Source: Eledone cirrhosa (Eukaryota). From it: a stretch of DNA of 64,000 nt. A model generated the notes under the pieces. That model was not told the DNA's origin and did no database searches. It was given only the letters and a program-made list of their open reading frames with translations. Made by a program: the position numbers and the translations under genes. Of the stretch, positions 1 through 12,629 are shown piece by piece (position 1 is the first letter of the stretch; every line of letters begins with the position of its first letter). The stretch spans positions 11,284,001 to 11,348,000 of the forward strand of contig OZ024765.1 in assembly GCA_964016885.1 (NCBI GenBank). The letters run 5' to 3'.

Positions 1-99
1 GTACTTTCCTAAGCACTTTGTGGAAGCGCCCTGCTGTTTAGAGATGGAACTAATTTTCTTAAGGGAGGACAACTGAAAGATGGCTGTCGAACATAGAAG

Positions 100-139
<40 letters not shown>

Positions 140-282
140 CATATATATACATAAACAAAATAAAAAAACAATATAAAAACGCCAGCTGATTCTCATGGTA
201 TTTGCCCACAAATGGAAGATATCTGAAGTATTATTTTCCCAATGCTCTACAAATTCAAACAAAAAATCATCAATCTTGATAC

Positions 283-1040
283 TAATAATGGTTTCCGATT
301 TTGGCACAAGGCCAGCAATTTCCCTAGTGAATTACTGGTATTTTATTTTATCAACCCCGTAAAGGATGAAAGGCAAAGTTAACCTCGGCGGGATTTGAAC
401 TCAATATAATAGTAATAATAATAATTGTTTCTACTTTTGGCACAAGGCCAACAATTACCCCAGCGGATTACTGGTACTTTATTTTATCGACCCCCGTAAG
501 GATGAAAGGCAAAGTTAACCTCGGCGGGATTTGAACTCAGACCGTAAAGGGCCATAACTCTATGCTGCAATGCATGGTGTCTGACCCTCTACCGATACTG
601 CCAATCCACTGCCCGGGGGTGGGGGGGTCAATAAAATCAATGGATTGGCAGTTTCAGTAGAGCATTGCAACATATAGTTAAGTTTCAGCCCTTTATGTTC
701 TGAGTTCAAATCCCACTGATTTGATCCTTATAGCATCGTTAAGATAAAGCACAAGTAATGCCCTGGGAGTCAAATTAATCAACTTCCCCTTCTCTTCAAA
801 TAGCTGGTCTTGAGCCAAATATAGAAACAATTATTATCATTAGTGGATTGTGGTGGTTTTGCAGTATTGGTAGAGCATCAGACACTATGCTTTGAAGCAT
901 AGAGTTTCGGCCCTTTACGTTCTGAGTCCAAATCCCGTCGAGGTTAACTTTGCCTTTCATCCTTACGGGGGTTGATAAAATAAAATGCTAGTAACACATT
1001 GGGGTCGATTTAATCGACTTTCCCCTTCTCCAAAATTGTC
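283..1040. mobile_element. Cluster of four tRNA-derived SINE copies (family A): about 283-403(-), 421-614(-), 640-832(+), 862-1040(+)
   Basis: Shared body GAGTTCAAATCCC (B box)-GCCGAGGTTAACTTTGCCTTTCATCCTTACGGGGTCGATAAAATAAAGTACCAG...GGCCTTGTGCCAAAAGTAGAAACAATTAT; the central part resembles the Deu/Nin SINE domain as I recall it. Confidence 0.85.
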
Positions 1041-1300
1041 GGTATGGTATGGTATGGTATGGTATGGTATGGTAGGGTGGGGTCCTGTAACTCCTGATAG
1101 AGTCGTAGAAGGGCCATATTGACATACAGGGTTTCTTGGACATTTTAAGCCTGGTGGGGTGGAGCCCATCTCTCGCTCCAGGCCTGAGTACAGCAGATTT
1201 CTTGCAGAAAGGGACAGAAAGTTAGAGAGAGGAAATGAGAAAGAGATATAGAGGAAGAATCGACCCCAGTATTTGACTGGTATTATATATCATCATCATC

Positions 1301-1490
1301 GGGCGGTGGATTGGTAGTATCGGTAGAGGGTCGGACGCCATGCTTTCTAGCATAGTTACGTCCCTTTACGATCTGAGTTCAAATCCCGCCGAGGTTGACT
1401 TTGCCTTTCATCCTTACGGGGTCGATAAAATAAAGTACCAGTGAGGCACTGGGTAGTTGCTGGCCTTGTGCCTAAAGTAGAAACAATTAT
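1301..1490 (+). mobile_element. Full-length family A tRNA-derived SINE
   Basis: GGGCGGTGGATTGGTAGTATCGG (A-box region), GAGTTCAAATCCC (B box), same body and tail as other copies. Confidence 0.9.
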
Positions 1491-1492
1491 AT

Positions 1493-1950
1493 ATCATCAT
1501 CATCATCATCACCGTTTTACGTCCGTTCTTCCACGCTAGCATGGGTTAGACGGGTTGTCCTGTTGTGGGCAGTGTCTGGTCGGCTGACCATGCCTTGCTC
1601 ATACAGGAACTGATCTGGCTTGATTTCTACAGCTGGATGCCCTTCCTAACACCAACCTCATTTACAGTGAGTGCTGGGTGCTTTTTCGTGGCGCCTACAC
1701 GTCCACTTTACAGTGTGGGCTGGGTGCTTTTTTGCCGTGGCACCTCCACGACCACCTTGCGGTGGGGGGGGGGGGGCATATTGTTTATATGCTTCAGCAT
1801 GTACCCATGGGAGGTTGGGTACCCTGTATTACTGCGTGACGCCAGAAGTCACGGTCGTGTGTCATTGACTTTGAGAGGTGTAGTTGGGTAAGGTCGGCTT
1901 TTATCACCTCATCCCAAGTCATCTTGGGTCTCCCCACTCCGCGGTTTCCA
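1493..1950 (-). mobile_element. RTE LINE 3' fragment (family 1) with (TGA)n tail
   Basis: Minus strand encodes [30 protein letters not shown]; near-identical to the 3' part of 14748-15535. Confidence 0.9.
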
Positions 1951-2317
1951 TATATATATGGAGAGATAGAGTGAGAGAGAGAGAGGAAATGAGAAAGAGA
2001 TATAGAGGAAGAATTGACCCCCCAGTACAAGACTGGTACTTTCTTTTATCGACCTTGAAAGGATGAAAGGCAAAGTTGACCTCAGCGGGATTTGAACTCA
2101 GAGAGCAGTGAACCCAGATTGAATACCACAAGGCATTTTAACCGATGTTCTAACAACTCTGCCAATCTGCTGCCTATAAAGTGTTTATATCTATCTAAAA
2201 ACCTTCCATCATAATTTTATGTAAGAACCTTTCTTAAGTTATGTCCCAAACACCAGCTTGATAATGTGAAAGTTTACTAAATATCACATACTGTTAAAAT
2301 GACAGATTCACACATCA

Positions 2318-3188
2318 AGTACACATACACATAACTGCACACACACACACACATACATACCTCATAAACACATACATGTAAGTATACACACACACACACA
2401 CCTCGTACACACATAACTGCACACACACACACACATACATACCTCATAAACACATACGTGTAAGTATACACACACACACACACCTCGTACACACATAACT
2501 GCACACACACACACACATACATACCTCATAAACACATACATGTAAGTATACACACACACACACCTCGTACACACATAACTGCACACACACACACACATAC
2601 CTCATAAACACATACAAGTATACACACACACACACCTCGTACACACATAACTGCACACACACACACATACATACCTCATAAACACATACATGTAAGTATA
2701 CACACACACACACCTCGTACACACATAACTGCACACACACACACACACACACATACATACCTCATAAACACATACATGTAAGTATACACACACACACCTC
2801 GTACACACACACACATACATACCTCATAAACACATACATGTAAGTATACACACACACACCTCGTACACACACACACATACATACCTCATAAACACATACA
2901 AGTATACACACACACACACACATACATACCTCATAAACACATACATGTAAGTATACACACACACACACACCTCGTACACACATAACTGCACACACACACA
3001 CACACACATACATACCTCATAAACACATACATGTAAGTATACACACACACACACCTCGTACACACATAACTGCACACACACACACACACACACATACATA
3101 CCTCATAAACACATACATGTAAGTATATACACACACACACACCTCGTACACACATACATGTAAGTGCACACACACACACACACACACA
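2318..3188. repeat. AC-rich minisatellite (~60-85 bp variable unit)
   Basis: Recurring CCTCATAAACACATAC / CCTCGTACACACATAACTGC motifs separated by (CA)n. Confidence 0.9.
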
Positions 3189-3507
3189 ATTTATCACCTA
3201 TATTGTTGGCCTGTGTCTAAATCAGAGACTATAACTATATAGACGGCTCTACTTATTGATCTGAGCCAAAAGGTTGAGAAGCAATCTTCTGGCAAATACC
3301 AAGAGAATCAACTGGATTTTTATTTTGTTTCATTTTAGTTTTATTTTAGTGTATGTTTAGTGTATGTTTTTGTTTATGACACGTTTTGGCTTCTACATTC
3401 AACAACCATCCTCCAGTTGGCGTCCCTGTGAGGATATTGACCCCGTAAGGATGAAAGACAAAGCTAACCTCGGCTGGATTTGAACTCAGAGCGTAAAGGG
3501 CCGTAAC

Positions 3508-3673
3508 TGTCAGTGCGGGCAGTTACAAACTAGGGAACACTTTCTAGTTTGTCCCAATCTTAAAGATTCGTGCGCACTGAATGACCTTGAAAGAGTAACA
3601 CACACACACACCCCTGGCAAGATTCTGTGCGCAAGGCTGGATGGGTGTGGTGTAGCAACCCAATAAGAAGAAG
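3508..3673 (+). mobile_element. Ingi/Vingi-like LINE 3' end remnant
   Basis: Translates CQCGQLQTREHFLVCPNLKDSCALNDL...ARFCAQGWMGVV* (CxCG..QT..H..CP zinc knuckle), then an (AAG)n tail. Confidence 0.7.
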
Positions 3674-3899
3674 ACTACCGCTATTACCAACCACCACCAC
3701 TACTACTACTACTACTACACCTACAACCACTACTACTACTACTACTACTACTACCAGCACACCCACCATCACTAGCACCCCCCACCCATCACTAATTAGA
3801 ATAATCATGAATATGACTATTTTGGTACAAAGAAGTCTTTTGTGAACATTTTACTGAGTCTGTGGGGATTTCAGCTAATTGTACGCACTATATAAATGC

Positions 3900-3939
<40 letters not shown>

Positions 3940-4765
3940 ATACATAGAAATGTACATACACATACACACATGCAAACAGACACACATATATACATAAACA
4001 TACATGCATACAAACACATACATACACAACTGCATACAAGCACACACATACACAACTGCATACAAGCACACACACATATATATATATACATGCATACAAA
4101 CACACACACACATATATATATATATACATGCATACAAACACACATATATATATATATATACATGCATACAAACACACACGCATATATATATATATACATG
4201 CATACAAACACACACACGCATATATATATATATACATGCATACAAACACACATATATATATATATATATACATGCATACAAACACACACACATATATATA
4301 TATACATGCATACAAACACACATATATATATATATATATACATGCATACAAACACACACACATATATATATATACATGCATACATACATACATACACAAC
4401 TGCATGCAAACACACACATATATATATATATATATGCATACAGACAAATACGTACACAACTGCATACAAACACACACACACATATATATATATATTTATA
4501 TATGCATACATACACAACTGCATACAAACACACACACACACATATATATATATGCATACATACACAACTGCATACAAACACATATATATATATATATGCA
4601 TACATACATACACAACTGCATACAAACACACACACACATATATATATATATGCATACATACACAACTGCATACAAACACACATATATATATATATGCATA
4701 CATACATACACAACTGCATACAAACACACACACATATATATATATATATATATGACATATATATA
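3900..4765. repeat. Compound (CA)n/(TA)n minisatellite
   Basis: Recurring ATGCATACAAAC and CACAACTGCATAC motifs among dinucleotide runs. Confidence 0.9.
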
Positions 4766-4767
4766 TA

Positions 4768-5135
4768 GTAGGCATCTCTAACAAAATACCCCCCCGTCCT
4801 ACCACCCCCACCCCATCCACACCACCCCGTTCTATGTAAAGTTATGTTGGTGCCACACCATCCAGGCCGAAACAAATGAGATCGTGTAGGTGTCACGACA
4901 AAAAAACACACAGTCCACGCTGTAATGTGGCCGTGTAGGCAACACGGTAAAAACCTCCCAGTCCCACACTGTAAATGTGGTTGGTGTTAGGAAGGGCATC
5001 CAGCTGTAGAAAACCCGCCAGACAGTCCTATGCGAGCAAGACAATCACTCTTGCCTCAAGTGGGACTACCCCCGTCCAAACCCATGCAAGCGTGGAACAC
5101 GGACGTTAAACGTTGATGATGATGATGATGATGAT
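4768..5135 (+). mobile_element. RTE family 2 3'UTR fragment (single-unit form of the 112-bp array at 10.5-11.9 kb)
   Basis: Near-identical to 10427-10680 plus 11900-12022; ends GGACGTTAAACG(TGA)n. Confidence 0.85.
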
Positions 5136-5252
5136 ATATGCATACATACACAACTGCATACAAACACACACATATATAGACTCCAAGCCTAGGTTTGGAA
5201 GAAATAATTGTAAGTGAATAAATGTTTTGAACATAGCTTGGATTCTTGGGAA

Positions 5253-5288
<36 letters not shown>

Positions 5289-5522
5289 GCATACATACAT
5301 ACACAAACATACACAACTGCATACAAACACACACACACTCACACACATATATATATATATATACATACATACAAACACACACACTCACACACATATATAT
5401 ATATATATACATACATACACACTAATAGGTGTGTGTGTGTGTAATATGTCTAATAAATTTTAATTGTCGCACCACTAATTCTCCGTTTCTTATACGATAT
5501 ATATATATATATATATATATAT

Positions 5523-5799
5523 CTATCTAAGGCGGGTAAAATTCCCGAGATCCATGGACGAGTTCTCTCCAGCGGTCTCTGTCCCTAATTATCGCTGCCA
5601 TATCCTGCATCTCCAACAGACCAGTGTCTGTCCTTAGGGCATCAACATATGTTAACCAAGAGTCAGCTCAAAAGTGACACAGAGGAGACTGAGGTTGGCT
5701 GGACATGCTCACCGACATCCAGAGTTGACATTGCACTCAGTGCTCCTTTGGGAGCCCCTACATGGACACACTAGAAGAGGAAGACCAAGGTTAACATAT
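5523..5799 (-). mobile_element. RTE-like LINE 3' end with 5' inversion
   Basis: 5656-5799(+) encodes PRVSSKVTQRRLRLAGHAHRH...RRGRPRLTY; 5657-5527(-) continues LTYVDALRTDTGL...DRDRWRELVHGSREFYPP*. Confidence 0.85.
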
Positions 5800-5902
5800 A
5801 TATATATATATAGATATATACACACACAAATTTATATACATACAGATAAATAGATGGATAGATAAGCAGAAAACTGTATAGAGAGATTAATAGATAGATA
5901 TA

Positions 5903-7192
5903 TTTCTTTATTAGCCACAGGGGCACAAAAGAAGGGGACAAATACAAAGGGGGAAGTTTACATACAATAAAAACGTGTAAAATGTTATCACAGATGGAAT
6001 TTAAAAGTTAGTCGATTTTCCCCAATAGAGGGAGACAGTTTATATGGGTAACACAGACCCCCGAAAAAAATGTGCAACCCTCATCTCCAGGAGTACGAAG
6101 AGCTTGTACTCCTTTCCTCTCCTCCTCCTTTTCCTCAACCTACAGGCTGATATAGAGAGAAGGCCCATTCACTCGGGCCATTCTCGCCACTTTCACCCAC
6201 CTTTCATAAAACTTGCTGGGGTACAGCACCTCTCTCTCCATCCTGATTCTTCTTCCAAAGTGGTATTTGAAAAAAAGAATCAGTTGTTGGCCGGAGAGAA
6301 AGGTGTCTGACCTCAGCCCTTTCAACCTTGTCCACCATACAACCTCTTTCGCCATAGCTATCACACAAAGGAAAACCGCCTCTCCTTCGTTTTTGAAGGA
6401 GGGTGGCGGTTTGATCATGACAATGGACTCGGTGGTCAACTGGATTGGTCCCACCCGCGACAATAGTCGTTCTACATAGCCCCACAGGTCAGTGACGCCC
6501 GGGCAGTGTATGAATGCGTGCGCGACGGTTTCTTCGTCTCGCACGCACCTCGGACAGATCTTTTTTGCAGGGTCCCTGCCCGGGCGCCCATGTCTGTAGA
6601 GCTTGTCTCGAACTGGTAGAGCTCCTCGGTAGCACTGCCAGGCCAGGGACTTTTGGAAGTTGTCCATCGGTCCCGGGCGGAAGGTCCTACCGAACAGACT
6701 GGCCAGTTCATCTTCCTCCACGCCTAGAGTTTCACCGAGCGCGTCGTCGCACTTGCTGCGGACCAACCCTCTATAGAATGACGAAGTGGAGTCTCCACTG
6801 ATCGCCGGGTCCGCCTGCCAGAGGGCTGTGAGCGCCTGAGCACATTCGATGTGCCAGTCGCCCATTTTCCTCGGTCTCTGCTTGACCCAGGACTGCAGCT
6901 CGGTCAGCGAGACGAGTCGTGGGAAGGCTCGCCTCACGAACGGGGCCCACACCGGTTGTCCGGTGAGGAATACGTAGAGATGCCGCAGCCTGAGCGCGTG
7001 TTTGCGCATCGTCAACCACGGCATCCCCAGCCCTCCGTTAGAAGGGTGTTGGCAGCAGATGGATCTTCTTACCAAAGGAGCCCGCCTCTTCCAAAGGAAT
7101 CGGAAGAGGGCGCGCTCCATTTTGGCGAGCGTTTTGGCTGGACAAGGCACGACGGTCAAGCGGTAGTAGATGGCGGACGCTATAAAAGTGTT
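5903..7192 (-). mobile_element. 5'-truncated Tx1/L1-clade non-LTR retrotransposon
   Basis: ORF2 C-terminus followed by a 3'UTR ending in AATAAA; GC/CpG-rich relative to flanks; flanked by (GATA)n. Confidence 0.9.
6140..7192 (-). pseudogene. Tx1/L1 ORF2 C-terminal fragment (post-RT region plus zf-RVT-type zinc knuckle)
   Basis: Uninterrupted ~350-codon frame with FRFLW, GGLGMP and CPRC..EETVAHAFIHC motifs; the RT core is lost by 5' truncation. Confidence 0.85.
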
Positions 7193-7220
7193 CTAGATAG
7201 ATAGATAGATAGATAGATAG

Positions 7221-7332
7221 ATTTCTTTATTAGCCACAAGGGCGCAACAAGAAAAGGGACAATACAAAGACATGCCGGGGATTTTACATACAGTCGTGTA
7301 AAAAATATAAAAACAAACAATTTCAACAATCG
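7221..7332 (-). mobile_element. Second, diverged Tx1 3'-terminal fragment
   Basis: ATTTCTTTATTAGCCACA..GGGCGCAACAAG..GGGACAATACAAAG matches 5903-5950; embedded in (GATA)n. Confidence 0.75.
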
Positions 7333-7854
7333 AGATAGATAGATAGATAGATAGACAAACAGATAGATAGATTATTGATAGATAGACAGACAGGCAGAAA
7401 GATAGCTAATCAAATAGGCTAGCTAGTTAGATAGATCGATAGACAAAGAGATAGAAGGTTAATCAGATATATCGATAGATAAACAGATAGATAGATACAA
7501 AAGTCGGTTAAATAAATAGATATTATATAGCAAACACTAACACGTTAACATGAAAACCAATACAAACATCTTTAGTGCCATCTGGGATGTGGCCTTACTC
7601 AATAATACTTCGTCTTTGTTTATAGATGTGTCATAGGATATGGGTCAGTTTGATCCACAGATCTCATCTGAAACCTGGATCAAATCCAAAACAAACATCG
7701 AAACTTTGTTGTGTCTAATCATATAACTTAGAAAATTTGATCACCAGAATTTGCCAAAACTCTCTCATGAAGTCAGCACTTTTTGACATATTTTGCTATC
7801 TCTATTTTATTTGTTTTTTTCATAATTTTATTTGGATCCAACAGGACTGCTGTC

Positions 7855-8360
7855 TGGTGTTTATGGCTAGGGGCTGGTGTCAGTGACTATGGGCTGGTGT
7901 TAGTGGCTAAGGGCTGGTGTTAGTGACTAGGGGTTGGTGTTAGGGACTCTGGGTTGGTGTTAGTGACTCTGGGTTGGTGTTAGTGACTATGGGCTGGTGT
8001 TAGTGACTATGGGCTGGTGTTAGTGACTATGGGTTGGTGTTAGTGACTATGGGTTGGTGTTAGTGACTATGGGCTGGTGTTAGTGACTATGGGCTGGTGT
8101 TAGTGACTATGGGTTGGTGTTAGTGACTATGGGTTGGTGTTAGTGACTCTGGGTTGGTGTTAGTGACTCTGGGTTGGTGTTAGTGACTATGGGTTGGTGT
8201 TAGTGACTATGGGTTGGTGTTAGTGACTATGGGTTGGTGTTAGTGACTATGGGCTGGTGTTAGTGACTATGGGCTGGTGTTAGTGACTATGGGTTGGTGT
8301 TAGTGACTATGGGTTGGTGTTAGTGACTAGGGGTTGGTGTTAGTGACTATGGGCTGGTGT
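7855..8360. repeat. 20-bp minisatellite, ~25 copies
   Basis: Unit TGGTGTTAGTGACTATGGGY. Confidence 0.95.
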
Positions 8361-8417
8361 CTGAATTTTTAGCTGTTGCTGCAGGTGATATATATATCAG
8401 GATTAAACCAGTGTTAA

Positions 8418-8833
8418 TCCTTTAGCATTTACATTACTCTATATTTTCTATGGTATTTTTGTGGTAAAGTCTTTATTCTACAATTATCTTACATAATATC
8501 GAAGGTACAAGATTTAGATGTCATTTATTTTAAGAGCAATACCTTAACCCTTTAGCATTTATATCAGTCATATCTGGCCAGAATTCTCTCACTTCATTCT
8601 GTTCAAATTGGCTGTAATTGGCCCCTCATATTAAGGTATTGTTCTCAAAATAAATGATATCAAAATTTCATAGGTTCAATATTATGTGAGGTAATTATAC
8701 GAGGTAAAGTGTTTACTGTGAAAATACAAAAAGTACATATAGAGTAATGTAAATTCTAAAGGGCTAACATAAGTATGAGCCGAAAGAATTGAGAGAATTC
8801 TGGCTGGATACGGCTGGTTTAAATGCTAAAGGG
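8418..8833. mobile_element. piggyBac-like MITE with a second copy (8548-8763) nested in opposite orientation
   Basis: TTAA-CCCTTTAGCATTT...AAATGCTAAAGGG-TTAA-type termini; inner copy is colinear with 38107-38674. Confidence 0.75.
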
Positions 8834-9457
8834 TTATACTAGTTAGAACATTATTCAACAGAGTACTTGATACTTGGGATAGTAAAGTATGACTATATTA
8901 GAAAAAGTCAGGGCCTGACGGCTTCCAGCCAGACTCCAATCTGGAACTAGCTGTTGAAACAGTGAGAGCTCAAATGTCAGGTCACAACTCTTTTTAATAT
9001 ATATATATAAAGTGGTTGTGATGGTGACATGGGAAAAAGCACCCAGCCCACATTTTAAAGTGGTTGTGATAGGCAACACGGTCAAAAGCACCCAGTACTC
9101 ACTGTAAATGTGGTTGTTGTTAGAAAGGATATCAAGCCATAGAAACTGAACCAAAATTGGTTCTGCACGAGCATGACATAGTCACCTGACCTAGCATTGT
9201 TCACAACAGGATAATTCATCTGACCCATGCCAGCATGGAAAAATGAACGTTAAGCAGTGATGATGATGATGATGATATATGTGTGTGTGTGTATGTATGT
9301 GTGTGAGTACACTTAAAGTTCCATGAGAACCTATTAAAAAAACTATAACTCTTACTGTCTAATGTCGTTAAAATTATCTCTTCAATACTGCATTGAGTTC
9401 TAACACCATTATCGGCCTCACCATCAAAAGTGGAGACCAGTATATATATATATATAC

Positions 9458-9494
<37 letters not shown>

Positions 9495-9553
9495 GTAATA
9501 ATTTTTGTAAATATAACCAAGGTGTAGAGCACTCAGCCCATGAGACGACTTTT

Positions 9554-9646
9554 AATATATTATTTAATTCAATACCACAATGGCGACATAACATGAAAAA
9601 AGACTGTGTTATGTCTTTGTCGTGGTAATGAATTTAATAATATATT
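9554..9646 (+). ncRNA. Candidate pre-miRNA-like hairpin
   Basis: 41-nt arms: 33 WC + 4 G-U pairs, 4 symmetric mismatches, 11-nt loop. Confidence 0.35.
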
Positions 9647-10082
9647 TATTGTTTTTCATTTTGCCTTGTTATCGTCCGTTGTCTTGTAATCTCTTAGTTA
9701 ATTTTCCTAACTTTACAAAAATAGTAAAGTGGACGTGTCTAAGAAATGGCAAAAATATATGAAACTAATATTAATATTTTGTACTGCCTCTTTGCTTCCA
9801 CATTCTTTTTTGTTTACTGTCTCAACTATAATATATATACATATATATACATACATATATATATACATATATATACATACATACCCATATAGATATATAC
9901 ATACAAATATATACATATATATATATATATGTATATATTTGTATGTATATATCTATATGGGTATCATCATCATCGTTTAATGTCCATCTTCCACGCTTGC
10001 ATGGGTTTGGACGGGAATTTTCCCACTTGAGGCAAGATTGGTTGACTTGCTCGTAATGGACTGTCTGGCGGGTATATATGTA

Positions 10083-10149
<67 letters not shown>

Positions 10150-10289
10150 TGAGACGGTAAACAAAAAACAAAAAAACAATGTAGAAGTAAAGAGGCAGTA
10201 CAAAATGTTAATATTAGTTTCATATATTTTTGCCATTTCTTTTACACAGCCACATAGAGATATATACATACAAATATATACATATATAG

Positions 10290-12022
10290 AAGACAGTGTC
10301 ACTGGACCGAGACCTCACACACTTACACCTCCCCAAGACAGTGTCACTGGACCGAGACCTTTGGCGGTACTCAGTAACAGAGAAGACCCGCCTTACCTAA
10401 ATACAAAGTAAAACCTACTACAGCCAGTAGGCATCTCTAACAAAATACACCCTGTCCCACCACCCCCACCCCCACACCACCCCGTTCTATGTAAAGTTAT
10501 GTTGGTGCCGCGCCATCCAGGCCGAAACAAATGAGGTCGTGTAGGTGTCACGACAAAAAAACACACAGTCTACGCTGTAATGTGGCCGTGTAGGCAACAC
10601 GGTAAAAACCTCCCAGCCCCACACTGTAAATGTGGTTGGTGTTAGGAAGGGCATCCAGCTGTAGAAAACCTGCCAGACAGTCCACGCTGTAATGTGGCCG
10701 TGTAGGCAACACGGTAAAAACCTCCCAGCCCCACACTGTAAATGTGGTTGGTGTTAGGAAGGGCATCCAACTGTAGAAAACCTGCCAGACAGTCCACGCT
10801 GTAATGTGGCCGTGTAGGCAACACGGTAAAAACCTCCCAGACCCACACTGTAAATGTGGTTGGTGTTAGGAAGGGCATCCAGCTGTAGAAAACCCGCCAG
10901 ACAGTCCACGCTGTAATGTGGCCGTGTAGGCAACACGGTAAAAACCTCCCAGCCCCACACTGTAAATGTGGTTGGTGTTAGGAAGGGCATCCAGCTGTAG
11001 AAAACCTGCCAGACAGTCCACGCTGTAATGTGGCCGTGTAGGCAACACGGTAAAAACCTCCCAGCCCCACACTGTAAATGTGGTTGGTGTTAGGAAGGGC
11101 ATCCAACTGTAGAAAACCTGCCAGACAGTCCACGCTGTAATGTGGCCGTGTAGGCAACACGGTAAAAACCTCTCAGACCCACACTGTAAATGTGGTTGGT
11201 GTTAGGAAGGGCATCCAGCTGTAGAAAACCCGCCAGACAGTCCACGCTGTAATGTGGCCGTGTAGGCAACACGGTAAAAACCTCCCAGCCCCACACTGTA
11301 AATGTGGTTGGTGTTAGGAAGGGCATCCAACTGTAGAAAACCCGCCAGACAGTCCACGCTGAAATGTGGCCGTGTAGGCAACACGGTAAAAACCTCCCAG
11401 CCCCACACTGTAAATGTGGTTGGTGTTAGGAAGGGCATCCAACTGTAGAAAACCCGCCAGACAGTCTACGCTGTAATGTGGCCGTGTAGGCAACACGGTA
11501 AAAACCTCCCAGCCCCACACTGTAAATGTGGTTGGTGTTAGGAAGGGCATCCAACTGTAGAAAACCCGCCAGACAGTCTACGCTGTAATGTGGCCGTGTA
11601 GGCAACACGGTAAAAACCTCCCAGCCCCACACTGTAAATGTGGTTGGTGTTAGGAAGGGCATCCAACTGTAGAAAACCTGCCAGACAGTCCACGCTGTAA
11701 TGTGGCCGTGTAGGCAACACGGTAAAAACCTCCCAGACCCACACTGTAAATGTGGTTGGTGTTAGGAAGGGCATCCAGCTGTAGAAAACCCGCCAGACAG
11801 TCCACGCTGTAATGTGGCCGTGTAGGCAACACAGTAAAAACCTCCCAGCCCCACACTGTAAATGTGGTTGGTGTTAGGAAGGGCATCCAGCTGTAGAAAA
11901 CCCGCCAGACAGTCCTATGCGAGCAAGACAACCACTCTTGCCTCAAGTGGGACTACTCCCGTCCAAACCCATGCAAGCGTGGAACACGGACGTTAAACGT
12001 TGATGATGATGATGATGATGAT
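10290..12022 (+). mobile_element. RTE family 2 3' end with internal tandem expansion
   Basis: ORF end LTHLHLPKTVSLDRDLWRYSVTEKTRLT*, then 3'UTR and (TGA)n tail. Confidence 0.85.
10566..11913 (+). repeat. 112-bp tandem array, 12 copies, from the RTE 3'UTR
   Basis: Unit CAGTCCACGCTGTAATGTGG...GTTGGTGTTAGGAAGGGCATCCAGCTGTAGAAAACCYGCCAGA. Confidence 0.95.
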
Positions 12023-12026
12023 ATAT

Positions 12027-12463
12027 ATGAGGTGATAAAAGCCGACCTTACCCAATTACACCTCTCAAAGGCGATGACACACGACCGTGACTTCTGGCGT
12101 CACGCAGTAGTACAGAAGACTTGACCCCTCCACGGGTTCAAGCCGAAGCTGAAGCATATAGACAACATGCCCCCACACCCTCCCACTACAAAGTGGTCGT
12201 GGAGGTGCCACGGCTAAAAAGCACCCAGCCCACACTGTAAAGTGGACGTGTAGGCGCCACGAAAAAGCACCCAGCACTCACTGTAAATGAGGTTGGTGTT
12301 AGGAAGGGCATCCAGCTGTAGAAATCAAGCCAGATTCAGTTCCCGTATGAGCAAGACAAGGTCAGCCAACCAGACACTGCCCACAACAGGACAACCTGTC
12401 TAACCCATGCTAGCATGGAAGACCGGACGTAAAACGGTGATGATGATGATGATGATGATGATA
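12027..12463 (+). mobile_element. RTE family 1 3' fragment
   Basis: [27 protein letters not shown], 3'UTR, (TGA)n tail. Confidence 0.88.
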
Positions 12464-12629
12464 CATACATATATATATTCATATATATATATGTATACAT
12501 ATACTTGGTGGGCACCGATCTGTCCACCTCGAATATCTACCAGCATATCATGAAGAGATTATACATCGTCTATGTATTTTGTCTGAAGAGGACATGTTTT
12601 GCATAAAACTTTACATCTTCAAATATAAA

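Noticed and set aside
1-282. Possible minus-strand host exon(s) at the window start
   Set aside because: Short open frames without recognisable homology or a complete splice-site pair.
1301-1390. tRNA gene
   Set aside because: A/B boxes belong to a SINE head; no cloverleaf evident.
3862-4911. Long YI/HT/CV-rich ORFs here and throughout (e.g. 24-25, 31, 45-47, 54-56, 62-64 kb)
   Set aside because: Translations of dinucleotide repeats, open in multiple frames on both strands.
7855-8360. Telomere-like G-rich repeat
   Set aside because: The 20-bp unit lacks tandem TTAGGG.
10548-11946. Series of near-identical 78-aa ORFs
   Set aside because: Artefact of the 112-bp tandem unit, antisense to a LINE 3'UTR.
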